A stretch of DNA of 64,000 bases. Source: Naegleria gruberi. Its lineage: Eukaryota. The position numbers and the translations under genes were made by a program. The stretch is from assembly GCA_000004985.1 (NCBI GenBank), contig GG738882.1; one strand, 5' to 3'. The notes under the pieces were generated by a model, which searched no databases, was not told the origin of the DNA, and saw only the letters and a program-made list of their open reading frames with translations. Shown here piece after piece: positions 22,817 through 33,270 of this stretch. The first letter of the stretch is position 1. Every line of letters begins with the position of its first letter.

Positions 22817-24404
22817 ATGTTGGTACAAAAATACCTCAAAGAAGCACTAAGTTATGGGAAAAAGGCTTTTCAATTTGAGGAGAAACTTCCCTCCACACTT
22901 AAGGAATGTAACGAAAGTTATGCAAAGGCTTCGAGTTGTTTGAGGTGTGCCATTAGTTTCGAGAAGAATGAGCTTCTCAAGTCCATATACGAACAATTGA
23001 ATGCTACCTATGAAGGAAGAATAGGATTGTTAAGAGGAAATACAAATGAAAATTGTCATCAGCAACAACATCAAGAAGGAGGTGTCATCACTATTGATTC
23101 CGATTCAGATCGATCAGAGTCGAATCAAAGCCTTGAACAATCAGAGTCACTTCAGAGACCTTCCGAATTTCAAACAACAATGGAGACTTCTTCATCATCT
23201 CTGAAAAAAGTGGATTCTAAAAAGTCTAACAAGAGGCCAATTATGATTGACGAAAGTGGAGACGAAAGCAGTGCCGAAGAAGATGAAGAAGCCTCTTCTC
23301 AATATTCAAGTAAGAGAAAGAAGAGGAAGGATGTGGAGGAAATCAAATCATTCATCATTGATTCGAAAAAGAAAGGACCTAATGATCAAACTTGGAAACA
23401 AATAGTTGGATTGGAATCAGTCATTGAATGTATAAGGGAGGCAACAATTCTTCCTCAGAAATTTCCTCAATTATTTGTTGGGGAGAGAAGACCTTGGAGA
23501 GCAATTCTTCTCTATGTAAGTTTGATTGATTGAATTAATGCATTCTAATACTGTATAGGGACCTCCTGGTACAGGAAAGGTATGTAAATTGTAATCTTAA
23601 TATATTCACACGAATAATAACAAGACCTTATTGGCATCCACATTAGCAAGTGAATCTGAGGCAACATTTTTCAGTGTATCAAGTGCTGATCTTCTTTCGA
23701 AATGGGTTGGACAATCAGAGAAGAAAATTAAACAATTATTCGAATTTGCAGCATCCAGAAAGCCTTCAATTATTTTCATTGATGAAATAGATAGCTTGTG
23801 CTCTGCCAGAAATGACACTGACAGTGAAACTTCAAGGAGAATCAAAACAGAATTCCTCGTACAGATGCAAGGCATAGGATCTAGAGATGGTGTTACAGTC
23901 ATTGGTGCAACAAACTTGCCTTGGGATATTGACTCTGCTATAAGGAGAAGATTTGAGAAGAGAATATATGTTCCTCTACCAACTCAAGAATCAAGAAGAG
24001 AAATTATCAAACACAACCTTAGAAATACTCCAAACTCGCTCATTGAGGAGAATTTTCAAAAGATTGCTGAGCTAACAGACGGCTATTCAGGGTCTGACCT
24101 TTCTGTTGTCATACGACAGGCCATTATGGAACCATTGAGAAAGTGTCAACAAGCCACTCATTTTAGATTAATATCTGGATACTCTCCAATAACTGGAATC
24201 GAGCGCAATGACTTGTTAGAACCCGTGTTTGAAAATATTGAGCAGTTTGATACAGTTCAAATATCCTTGTACGATATTTCACCTGAAAAGCTATTACCAC
24301 CCTTAGTATCATTCGAAGACTTTGAAAAGGCATTGAACATTATTCACCCAACGCTATCAAGGGAAGATGTTGCAAAGTATCAAGAATTTTCCAAAATATT
24401 CTAA
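22817..24404 (+). CDS. VPS4: VPS4 (AAA ATPase with N-terminal MIT domain), 3 exons including a 21-nt micro-exon
   Basis: Exons 22817..23515, 23559..23579 (GPPGTGK only), 23625..24404. Near-collinear with VPS4 across IVGLESV...FPQLFVGERRPWRAILLY, SIIFIDEIDSLC, RRIKTEFLVQMQG and ATNLPWDIDSAIRRRFEKRIYVPLP. Also has the VPS4-specific beta-domain CQQATHF and an acidic Ser-rich linker. Confidence 0.9.
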
Positions 24405-24412
24405 TTTATAAC

Positions 24413-26257
24413 TTAAAATTTAACAAAGTCTGACAATATTCTCATTCTCCTACATCCTCTATAACTGTGGAAGGCAGTCAATCTAGCTGCCGATAAACTA
24501 CCACCCTTATTGTCGGTAATGTCAAGCTCCTCAATTGTTCTGTTATGTCTTAGAATTGGTCTAATCTTTTCATCGCTCAATTTACAACCTCGAATAGTTA
24601 AGAATCTAATATTTCTATTTTCACTGAGCTTTTGAGTGAATTTTGGATCCAATAAATTGGTGCAGTTGATAATCTTTAGAGTGACGAGGGAGTTGTTCTT
24701 TTTGAAAAGCTCACCCTCTGGCTCACTCCATGAATAAAGGGTTTTTGGAGAATTATTATTTGGTGTTGGTTTGTGATAAGTTACGTTGTTTGCAGTCAAG
24801 CTTTTGACTGGTGTATGGAGAAGTATTGATTCGAGAGATTCTATTCCTTCAAATACATCATCCAATAGAGTAAGAGTTTGAACAGAGGAGTGGGTCAATA
24901 ATTCACAAAATTCCTTACTCAATACTGTATGAGCAATCAAGAGAGTTTTCAAATGAGTTTGACAAGCATAGCTTTGAAGGAGTTGTTTGATTTCATGATC
25001 TTTCAAACCATTGACAATACAAGTTCTAATTTTGTAGTTTGTTTGTTGTTTGAGTGTGAGTTTTTCGAGAATACTTCTCCTTCTGTCTTCCATTATTTCA
25101 CGTTGTTGTCTCTTGGCTTCCTCTTCCTCTTCAGTGAGTACAAGTCTGATTTGTGAAATTTCCTTATTACTCTTGAATGGATACATTTTGAAATATTGTG
25201 CCATTCTAGATGTTTCATGGGAAAGTACAGAGGTAGATTTAAAGTTGAGAGTGGATTGAACTTCCAAATCGTCGTCATCTATCATCTTGTTAATTTTCAA
25301 TACTTCAATACTTGGGAATGTATTCAAAATATCAATAAAGAACATCCTCTTTCCCTTCATGAGACTGTCATCTTCATCCTGTTCATCACCTCCCATACTC
25401 ATATAAGTTTCATAGTCTTCAATGATTCCTTGTCTAAATCTGCTACATTCCGTCTCAATGTAAAGTGTCTTCATGTTCAGTTTGAAGAATTCATTGAATG
25501 AAACATCCATGAGCTTTTCTAAAAATCTATCTACTTGAGCTCTGTCCATATTCTTCACATGGAGAGCCAGTTGGAGTTTGTTATTCAATAGATTTTTAGG
25601 CAATTTACTCCAGAATGTGTTGATCCATGAATTTGTTTCATCCATGCACTCTACCAAAACATCTTCAAAAGGTAAGGCAGTGGATAACACAATTGATTGG
25701 AAAGAGGAAATCATCCTTGGCAAGTAGATCATTTCATGCATCATGAGAGATGTTTCTGCATGTTCCTCCAAATCGAGAATATTTGCAATCGAAGAAACTT
25801 TCTTTGTTTTTGAATTCTTACTTTTAGCATTGATTTCCTGATGATTTGAAATAGCATCATTTACCTGATGATTGAATAGTTTATGCAAATGATATCTGGA
25901 AATATACGAATCCAAAGTAAAAATCACAGAAGGAAAGACTAGGAATGGTGTAACATAATCCCGATGATGTGATTCTTTGAATTTACCAAAGAATGTTGGC
26001 ACCTTGGTTAATCTATTCATTTCCTCTTCAAACCACAGTGTATACTGTTGTTCTTCGTCATCTCTTGTGAGTGGTGATGCGCACTTGGTGTCATCAATAA
26101 TTCTCTCCTTCATAAAATCATACGGAAAGTGAATTGTATGAAAGGAGAGAATGTGTCTAATTAATTCTGCTGGCAAATGATTAAAAACATTATTGTCCAT
26201 ATTAATAGTTGGTATCATTAAATAATTATTATTATCAATGCTACTAGTAGTATTCAT
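24413..26257 (-). CDS. F-box / leucine-rich-repeat (RNI-like) protein
   Basis: F-box-like N-terminus (LPAELIRHILSF) and C-terminal LRR/RNI-like repeats (LTIRGCKLSDEKIRPILRHNRTIEELDITDN). First ATG is at 26257; the ORF track extends to a TTG at 26332. Confidence 0.5.
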   Translation of the reverse strand: MNTTSSIDNNNYLMIPTINMDNNVFNHLPAELIRHILSFHTIHFPYDFMKERIIDDTKCASPLTRDDEEQQYTLWFEEEMNRLTKVPTFFGKFKESHHRDYVTPFLVFPSVIFTLDSYISRYHLHKLFNHQVNDAISNHQEINAKSKNSKTKKVSSIANILDLEEHAETSLMMHEMIYLPRMISSFQSIVLSTALPFEDVLVECMDETNSWINTFWSKLPKNLLNNKLQLALHVKNMDRAQVDRFLEKLMDVSFNEFFKLNMKTLYIETECSRFRQGIIEDYETYMSMGGDEQDEDDSLMKGKRMFFIDILNTFPSIEVLKINKMIDDDDLEVQSTLNFKSTSVLSHETSRMAQYFKMYPFKSNKEISQIRLVLTEEEEEAKRQQREIMEDRRRSILEKLTLKQQTNYKIRTCIVNGLKDHEIKQLLQSYACQTHLKTLLIAHTVLSKEFCELLTHSSVQTLTLLDDVFEGIESLESILLHTPVKSLTANNVTYHKPTPNNNSPKTLYSWSEPEGELFKKNNSLVTLKIINCTNLLDPKFTQKLSENRNIRFLTIRGCKLSDEKIRPILRHNRTIEELDITDNKGGSLSAARLTAFHSYRGCRRMRILSDFVKF

Positions 26258-27153
26258 AAAAATCTCAGAGAGATTATGCTCTGTAAAATGTGCAGGATCT
26301 GTTGTAAAGTATAATAGAGAATTAGTAATCAATCAACACTCAAAGTTGTTGTTTGCTGGTTTACATGAAACTCTCCGAAGGAATTGGTTTGGTGGATTTT
26401 TTTTATCTTTTAAAAGAGAATCTTAAGCTTATCTTGTAAATGTCGCTTATTTTGAGTGTAAAACTTGGAATTGAGGTTGTAAGCAGCAAGGTGGTAACAA
26501 GAAGATAATATTTTCATCAATATGTAGTGCTTTTAACATTCCTCTGAATCTTCCAATGTTATCTCCCTTGAATATTGAAAATTAATTGTAAACCAAAAAT
26601 TGATAATATATTTTTAGAAATTTTACAATTATGATTAGTTCGATCAGATACCTGATTTGTAGGTGAATAGTTTAATTGGGAGAACGCAGAAGGCCGCCTT
26701 GAATCTGAAGTGGTAGATCGAAACTGCCTTCACCTACAGTTAACTTTTATCTTTTGGATTGACTGGGGAAAATCATTGCTTTAGCTCATGTTGAGATAGG
26801 AGAGATATCATTGATGAAGATCTACTGGCTAAAAGCCATTTCCAAAATTCTACCGTTATCACTTTATCCATTTTCACTCCTCTCCCACCTCAAATATAAT
26901 TCTCATCACAAACAAACCTCAATGACCTTACTCCATCAATGAATGGAATTGGATGAGTTTTTTTTAGATTTTGTAAAACAAACAGATAAGTTCCAACAAG
27001 CTTGCCAATGTGGTTCAGTGCTTGCAAAAAAATTCTAAAAAAAAATTCGTGTGATTTTTCATTTTTTTTAAAAGCGTCTACATCACAAGCCTTTTTGCTT
27101 TGTTCATCACACCATCACGGATTGATCATCATCATATTACATCTCTATAGAAA

Positions 27154-28263
27154 ATGAGCGTTAAAGTAGAAGAATCAACATCTGCTATTGATTTGTATAT
27201 TCACCCACTTATTCTGATTAACATTTCAGATCACTACACAAGAAAAAAGTATCAATTGAAGGGATCATCCGGTGATGCTTTTGATTCCAAGGTTGTTGGT
27301 ATCCTCTTTGGTACTCAAGACGGAAGAAGAGTTGAAGTTAGAACTTCCTTTGAATTAGTCTTCTCTGTCGATAAGGGAGGTGTTGTAAATATTGATCACA
27401 GCTATTTGCAAGAAAAGGTCGAACAATGTATGTTATTATTATTTATTGTTAATGATGATGATGACACAGAACTACTTTTCACAATTTTCCATCATATTAT
27501 TGTATATTTTGATTATGACATTTTAACTTGATCGTCATCGCTTGTGATTAATTTTAACTTTTGCTACAATTCGAAACACTACAACAACAACAAATTATAT
27601 TTCAACATTATTTTACAACACTACAACAAAATAGATAAACAAGTTTTCAAGAATTACGATGTTTTGGGATGGTACTCAACAGGAACAGAAATCAGAAAGG
27701 AATACTCACAAATTCAACAAGAAATTGTCAGATACAATGAAAATCCATTGATGCTTTTAGTTAGTGTTGCTTTTGGATCAGTTCAAAAGGAATTGCCATT
27801 GTATGTCTATGAAAGTAATATTAACAATACAACTGGTAGTGAAATTACTTGGGCTTCACTTACCTACAAGATTGAAACCGAAGAAAGTGAAAGAATTGTT
27901 GTTGATCAAGTCAACCGTATGGACAAGAGAGACGGATCTTCATCATCACTTATTCCACAATATGTTACAGTTTCAAATGCTGTTGGCATGTTGATTGAAC
28001 GTGTTGATATTTTGGTCAATTATTTGGAACAAGTCAAGGCAGGAAAGATTGAACCAGATTACAAAAAGTTACGTGAAATTTCATCCCTCTCCCATCGTTT
28101 GCCAGCTGTTGTTTCTGATAAGTTCAAGTCTGACTATGTTAATGATGTCAATGAAAGTCTTATCATTACTTACCTTGCTACCATGACAAAGGGTATCAAT
28201 CAATTCAATAACGTTGTTGAAAAGTACTCTTCCCTCAGTGCTGGTAAGAAGAGAATGTACTAA
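27154..28263 (+). CDS. CSN6: COP9 signalosome subunit 6 (MPN-domain protein), 2 exons
   Basis: Exons 27154..27427 and 27635..28263, with a GTATGT donor. MPN N-terminus LYIHPLILINISDHYTR. C-terminal FKSDYVNDVNESLIITYLATMTKGINQFNNVVEKY aligns to the CSN6 tail ([35 protein letters not shown]). Confidence 0.8.
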
Positions 28264-28365
28264 ATGTAATAAAAATTGTACTTTATAATAAGTTAAATTT
28301 CAATTTCCAAAGTGTTGCCTTGGAAAGGACCTAGGTCTAGAGCACATTTGCAATAATTTACAAGT

Positions 28366-29352
28366 TTAGTTTTTACAACCAACTGGCTGATTTGTGAATT
28401 GCCTTTCGAGCTTATTTCGCCTCACTTCATTTCCTTGCAGTATATCTTGTTGAGGTTGTTGTGGAATTGGTGAATTTCGTTCAGGATCTCCCATCAAATT
28501 CTTCTTTCTTCTCTGATGAATTTCATCCTTAATCTTATTAAGTGAAGGATCTTCTTGGTAGGTGTTATGATTCAGAGGAGCCATTGATCCATGGTCATGG
28601 GAAGCTCTCTTCTTGGCCAAAACTTCCTTTCTGAAGGAATGTAGTGATCCTTGTTCACCTAGAGGAGTATTTGCCACATGTGTGCTTGTGTTGGTGTTAT
28701 TTGTCTGTACAATAAGGTCTTCTTCTGGGCTACTGCTATCGCTTCCACTATTATCACCTCCAACTGTTGTTGTTTTCATAAACCTGAAAACGCTTGGATA
28801 TTTAATCTTCTTGTCATTATTGGTCTGGTTGTTGGAATATTTGGAATGCTCTCCATATTGATTGTGGTAGGAAGATTGATCAGGGTGTGAGTAGGAGGTA
28901 TTGTGTTCGTCTTCAGTTGGTTCTGAATTATTGAGGGGATCTTTGGTTTTCATTCGCTTGGAGGAGAGGATGGAATTGTTGATAAAACTTGCTGATGCAT
29001 TGAATATCGGACTTTCGTTCATGTGTGAAATATGTTGAGGTGGTTCATTCTGTTCTTCTATTGTGAATGGGGTTCCAACCGACTGCCCCAAGGGTGATGA
29101 AGAACCCGAGTCAATACTATAATCTTCTTCTTCTTGTACTTCTAAAACTTCTACGCTAGGCTTTCTAGCAAGTGAATGATGATTATTGTTGTTGTTGTTA
29201 GTTATACGTTTTCTTCTCTTTGGTATGAATTGGTATTGAGGATTTGAAAAGTTACCAACTGCATTGAGTTGATTTGCAATTTTCGTTGAGAAACGAGGGG
29301 ATACACTCATTGGTAAATTGTCTGGGAGATCGTCAAGGTCAGTGTCGTTCAT
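28366..29352 (-). CDS. low-complexity Ser/Asn/Gln-rich hypothetical protein
   Basis: ORF with homopolymeric Asn/His and Ser-rich tracts. First ATG is at 29352. Confidence 0.4.
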   Translation of the reverse strand: MNDTDLDDLPDNLPMSVSPRFSTKIANQLNAVGNFSNPQYQFIPKRRKRITNNNNNNHHSLARKPSVEVLEVQEEEDYSIDSGSSSPLGQSVGTPFTIEEQNEPPQHISHMNESPIFNASASFINNSILSSKRMKTKDPLNNSEPTEDEHNTSYSHPDQSSYHNQYGEHSKYSNNQTNNDKKIKYPSVFRFMKTTTVGGDNSGSDSSSPEEDLIVQTNNTNTSTHVANTPLGEQGSLHSFRKEVLAKKRASHDHGSMAPLNHNTYQEDPSLNKIKDEIHQRRKKNLMGDPERNSPIPQQPQQDILQGNEVRRNKLERQFTNQPVGCKN

Positions 29353-30260
29353 TGTTTTTATTTTGGAAGGAAAGAGATAAGGTGAGGCGATAAGTGTGTT
29401 CAAACTCTTTTAAATGTAGAAAGAGTTATTATTAGAAGTTTCTTGATGTTAAGATTTTGGAGGAGTATTGTTGTGGATATCACTAACTGTTAATAGTAGT
29501 AGAATAAATATTATTTGATGATGAGAATGATACTAAGAATTATTCCTAATGAAAAAGCTTTTTGTTCAAATTGATGATGTTAAAAAATTATTAACCGAAA
29601 AAGCTCGAGCTGCACGCCGTTGAATATTCTCTCAAATCGAAAAATGATGAGACTAAGCGTAGAGAGTGTTGTTGTTCACTAATTTTTTTTATAGTTTTTG
29701 TTGGTTGCGGTTTGCTAAAAAAACTGTAACGTTTTGGCGGGCATGTAAAAATAAATTAATCACTTTTATACTTATTAATACTGTCTGCAGTATAGGACAT
29801 TAAAAAGTTTGATTTAAACCTATCTTTTAACAATAGTGTTACCTAACCCTAGCCTACATTTCCTATGATAAACATCACAATTAATATCCATACACAACAT
29901 TGATATTCCTTAGTCCTTCAAGGTTCTCCAAAGTTCAAGCTTAAATCCAATCAAAATCTTTTTAAAAAATCCCTCAATTAACTTTCAAGTTCATTTCCTT
30001 ATGATATAATTTGATTTCGAAGAAAGCTTATCATATTGTTGGGAAATTAACAATCCCAAAAGATCATCTGAACTCCGAGGAGCATATCCTCATGAACATT
30101 GAAATATCAATATAAAAAGGACGTATTAAACATCGCAACAAATCGCATGTAAGCACAATCTATGAAATCTTGATTTTGCCTATCTTCAAAAGTATAAATT
30201 CGTCATGTCCAATAGGAAATTAAACAAAAAAACAATTCCAACAACAAATAAGAAGAAAAA

Positions 30261-30804
30261 ATGGCTCCAACACTTCTCCATACCATGATCCGAGTTGGTA
30301 ACTTGGAAAAGTCTATCAACTTTTATTGTAATATTTTCGGAATGAAGGAAAAGAGAAGAAGTGATTATCCTGAAGGTAAATTTACTCTTGCCTTCATTGG
30401 ATATGAAAATGATGCTCATGAAATTGAATTGGTAAGCTTGGCTTTATCAAATTATTTAATTAATATTATAATATTTAATGTTGTTGGATTAATAATTATT
30501 AAAATTTGATGAATTTAAATAATAATACTAATTAGACTTATAATTATGGTGTTGAAAAGTATGATATTGGTACTGGATTCGGACATTTGGCTATTGGTGT
30601 TGAGGATATTTACTCTGTTGTTGAACAAGTTAGAGAATGTGGTTGTAAGGTATGTCATTATCATAGTTTTTAAAGCTTTAATTTCTAATAATTTAGGTTA
30701 CAAGAGAACCAGGTCCAATGAAGCACGGCACTACTGTTATTGCCTTTGTTGAAGATCCTGATGGATACAAGGTCGAACTCATTGAACGTAAAACAATGAT
30801 TTAA
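30261..30804 (+). CDS. GLO1: glyoxalase I (lactoylglutathione lyase), single-domain E. coli GloA type, 3 exons
   Basis: Exons 30261..30431, 30536..30649, 30697..30804. Matches E. coli GloA nearly motif for motif: [35 protein letters not shown]. Intron donors are GTAAGC and GTATGT. Confidence 0.85.
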
Positions 30805-30887
30805 ATTAAATTTTACATTTTAACACAATTATTGGAGAGGTTTTTCCTTTATATATTCCTAGGATACATATTTACAATTATATTCAA

Positions 30888-33058
30888 CTATTTGGAAATG
30901 ATATTAATATCGGAAAAGTCATTACAAGTTGTCAAGTGGATAAACAATTTCTTTCTGAGGAAATTCATATTGTGACAATAGGTTGGAGTACCTGTGAGAA
31001 AGATGGTGTGACCTCTGCCACAAGCTACATCCTTGATTGGAATATTTCTGAAAAAGTCAACACGTACAGGTCTACACACAAAGCAATTTTGTTGATTTTC
31101 ATCTTCTCTAGTATGATGATACATTCTCTCTTGAACTTCATCTGTTTTTTGAGATTGGATGTATCCTAGTTGGCCATGCTTTCCTTCTCCACCAACATAA
31201 CATTCACCACTTCTTGAAAGGAGAACACAATGATTCCATCCACAAGCAACCTTACATATTGGAATTCCATAGAGTAATTTGAGTGGATAGACAAATCGTT
31301 GAGTCTTGGTATTTCCATTTAAAAGCTGACCATATGCATTCCATCCATTCTTTAGAAAAAACATTGTTTGAAATTTGCAATTATTAATTAATACTTACTG
31401 TATACACTCTTCCATCTGATTATTAATAATTGAGTTTGTCACAATGATTGGAGTAGTATTGATTAAGATTAAAGAAAATTATCATAGAACATACCATAGG
31501 TCAAAAAGACAGAATGGAAATATCCACAAGCAACTGCACAAATCTTTTCATCTTGCAAGGAAGTTATCAAATGAGGAATCAAATGTCTATTGGAAGAATC
31601 TGTTTCTTGTGAAAACAAAGTAGGATCATTTTCAATTTCTTGAATGGAGAGCTGTCCATATTGAGTGTCTCCCATACCAAATGTTTTTCCCTCGGAGGTG
31701 ATTAATATGGAATGCCATGCTCCTGCTGCACAATCAACAATTTCCATACATGTGAATGGAATTCTGTACTTGGAACCAACTTGAATGGGTTTTTCACCAT
31801 TCCTTGTGAATTCCCTTAAAATTCTTGGAGGAGTATTGACAGGAACTTCAAATTCCTTCAATAGAGAAGGTTGATAGATTTTAAATTCATGATCCTGTGT
31901 ATTCAAACTTGCATGACTTTTAGTAACTGTTCCACTGTATTTTAATATTACATTATATGAAATATTAACATTGAAAGTAGTTTACAAAAAAACTTACCAT
32001 TGACCATACGTATTCTTTCCACACGAGGCAACAGTTCCATCACTCATTACAAATATTGAATGATATCCACCACAGCACAGTTTTGCAATACTTGGTGCTG
32101 ATATTGTCTCTTCAAACTCGTCCATGGCCAATTGATTTTTTGAAAGTTCTGCAATTAATTCCCTTCTGTCCATTTCGAAATTCCTGAAATATGTTTGAGG
32201 ATTCAACAAGATTGGTAATGTACTTGAAATGGGAGGTGTTGCTTGTTCTGTTCCCAATTGACCTTCTCTACATTCACCCCAAACATATAAGTTTCCTTTT
32301 ATAGTTAAGGCAATGCTATGATGTCCACCACAACTAATCATTTGCACAGGTTCTTGAATCAAGTTGACTCTAGTAAATTGAGTAACGTTTGAATTTTGTG
32401 ATTGACCTGCTTGATGACTGTAATTTGCTCCACAACTCCACACTTGACCATTATAAGTGAGAAGAACAGTGTGATACCAACCACAGACAATACTTTTTAC
32501 ATTTAATTTCTCATCAGCCAATTGAGGTAATGATTGATTGGATGAGTTGTTCTTATTTGATAATTCTTCGTCAGTATGAAGATGATTGGAAAGAGAATTG
32601 AGAGTTTCTCTGCAGGTGATGAGTGAATTTTCATTGGATTGTTCTTGTGTTTCTAGTTGTGTTTCTTCTCTGGAGAATAGAGTTGAGTGTTGGTGATGAT
32701 TATTAGAAACATTGGATTGATCAAATATTGGAGGTAATTTACAAGGTTCTGCAAACGAATAAAACTGAGGATAATATTGTGCTTGATGAACCGAAACTTT
32801 GGGTGTTCTAACGAGCCCTGTTTGGCCAGAAGTGTAAAGGCCACAAACGAATAATTCATTCGAAAGTGTTGGCGAATCTGATAAACTTGAATCACTACTT
32901 GTTGACGCGGTCGTTAGACTATAACTTTGAATACTCGAAGTCATAGCTATTGAATGTGTTTGTGTTTTTTTAGATAAAGATCCACTTGGTATTGATGATA
33001 TTTTCGTTTTCGTGAAACAATCCGAATTTGGAAAGAGGATTAAATTGGAAGCAATCAT
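30888..33058 (-). CDS. RCC1-repeat (regulator of chromosome condensation-like) protein, 3 exons
   Basis: Exons approx 31998..33058, 31495..31934, 30888..31393. Repeated C.GW.H...L..G.V...G.N..GQLG units (VACGWNHCVLLSRSGECYVGGEGKHGQLG). Confidence 0.7.
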
Positions 33059-33270
33059 ATTTTACTATTGATTCAGAATTGAGCAATTGTTTTGATTTAC
33101 TCAAAGCACATCCAAAAAGATATTTTGTGGAACTATTGAAATAACATTGGAAAATCTCGAGTGAAAATAAGACTCATTTGGTTATTGAGAAAAAGTTACC
33201 TTAATTTGATTAAGACAATAATCTTTTAAACTAATTGCTTTAAACCTTGATGTAATGATAGTAATTACTA

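Noticed and set aside
26640-26880. Possible U1/U2/U6 snRNA identity for the GC-rich spacer element
   Set aside because: Short resemblances (GGCUUUUAGCC, AUACCUGA) but the invariant motifs (U2 GUAGUA branch-site region, U6 ACAGAGA, U1 ACUUACCUG, U5 CUUUUACU) are absent. Kept only as a generic candidate ncRNA.
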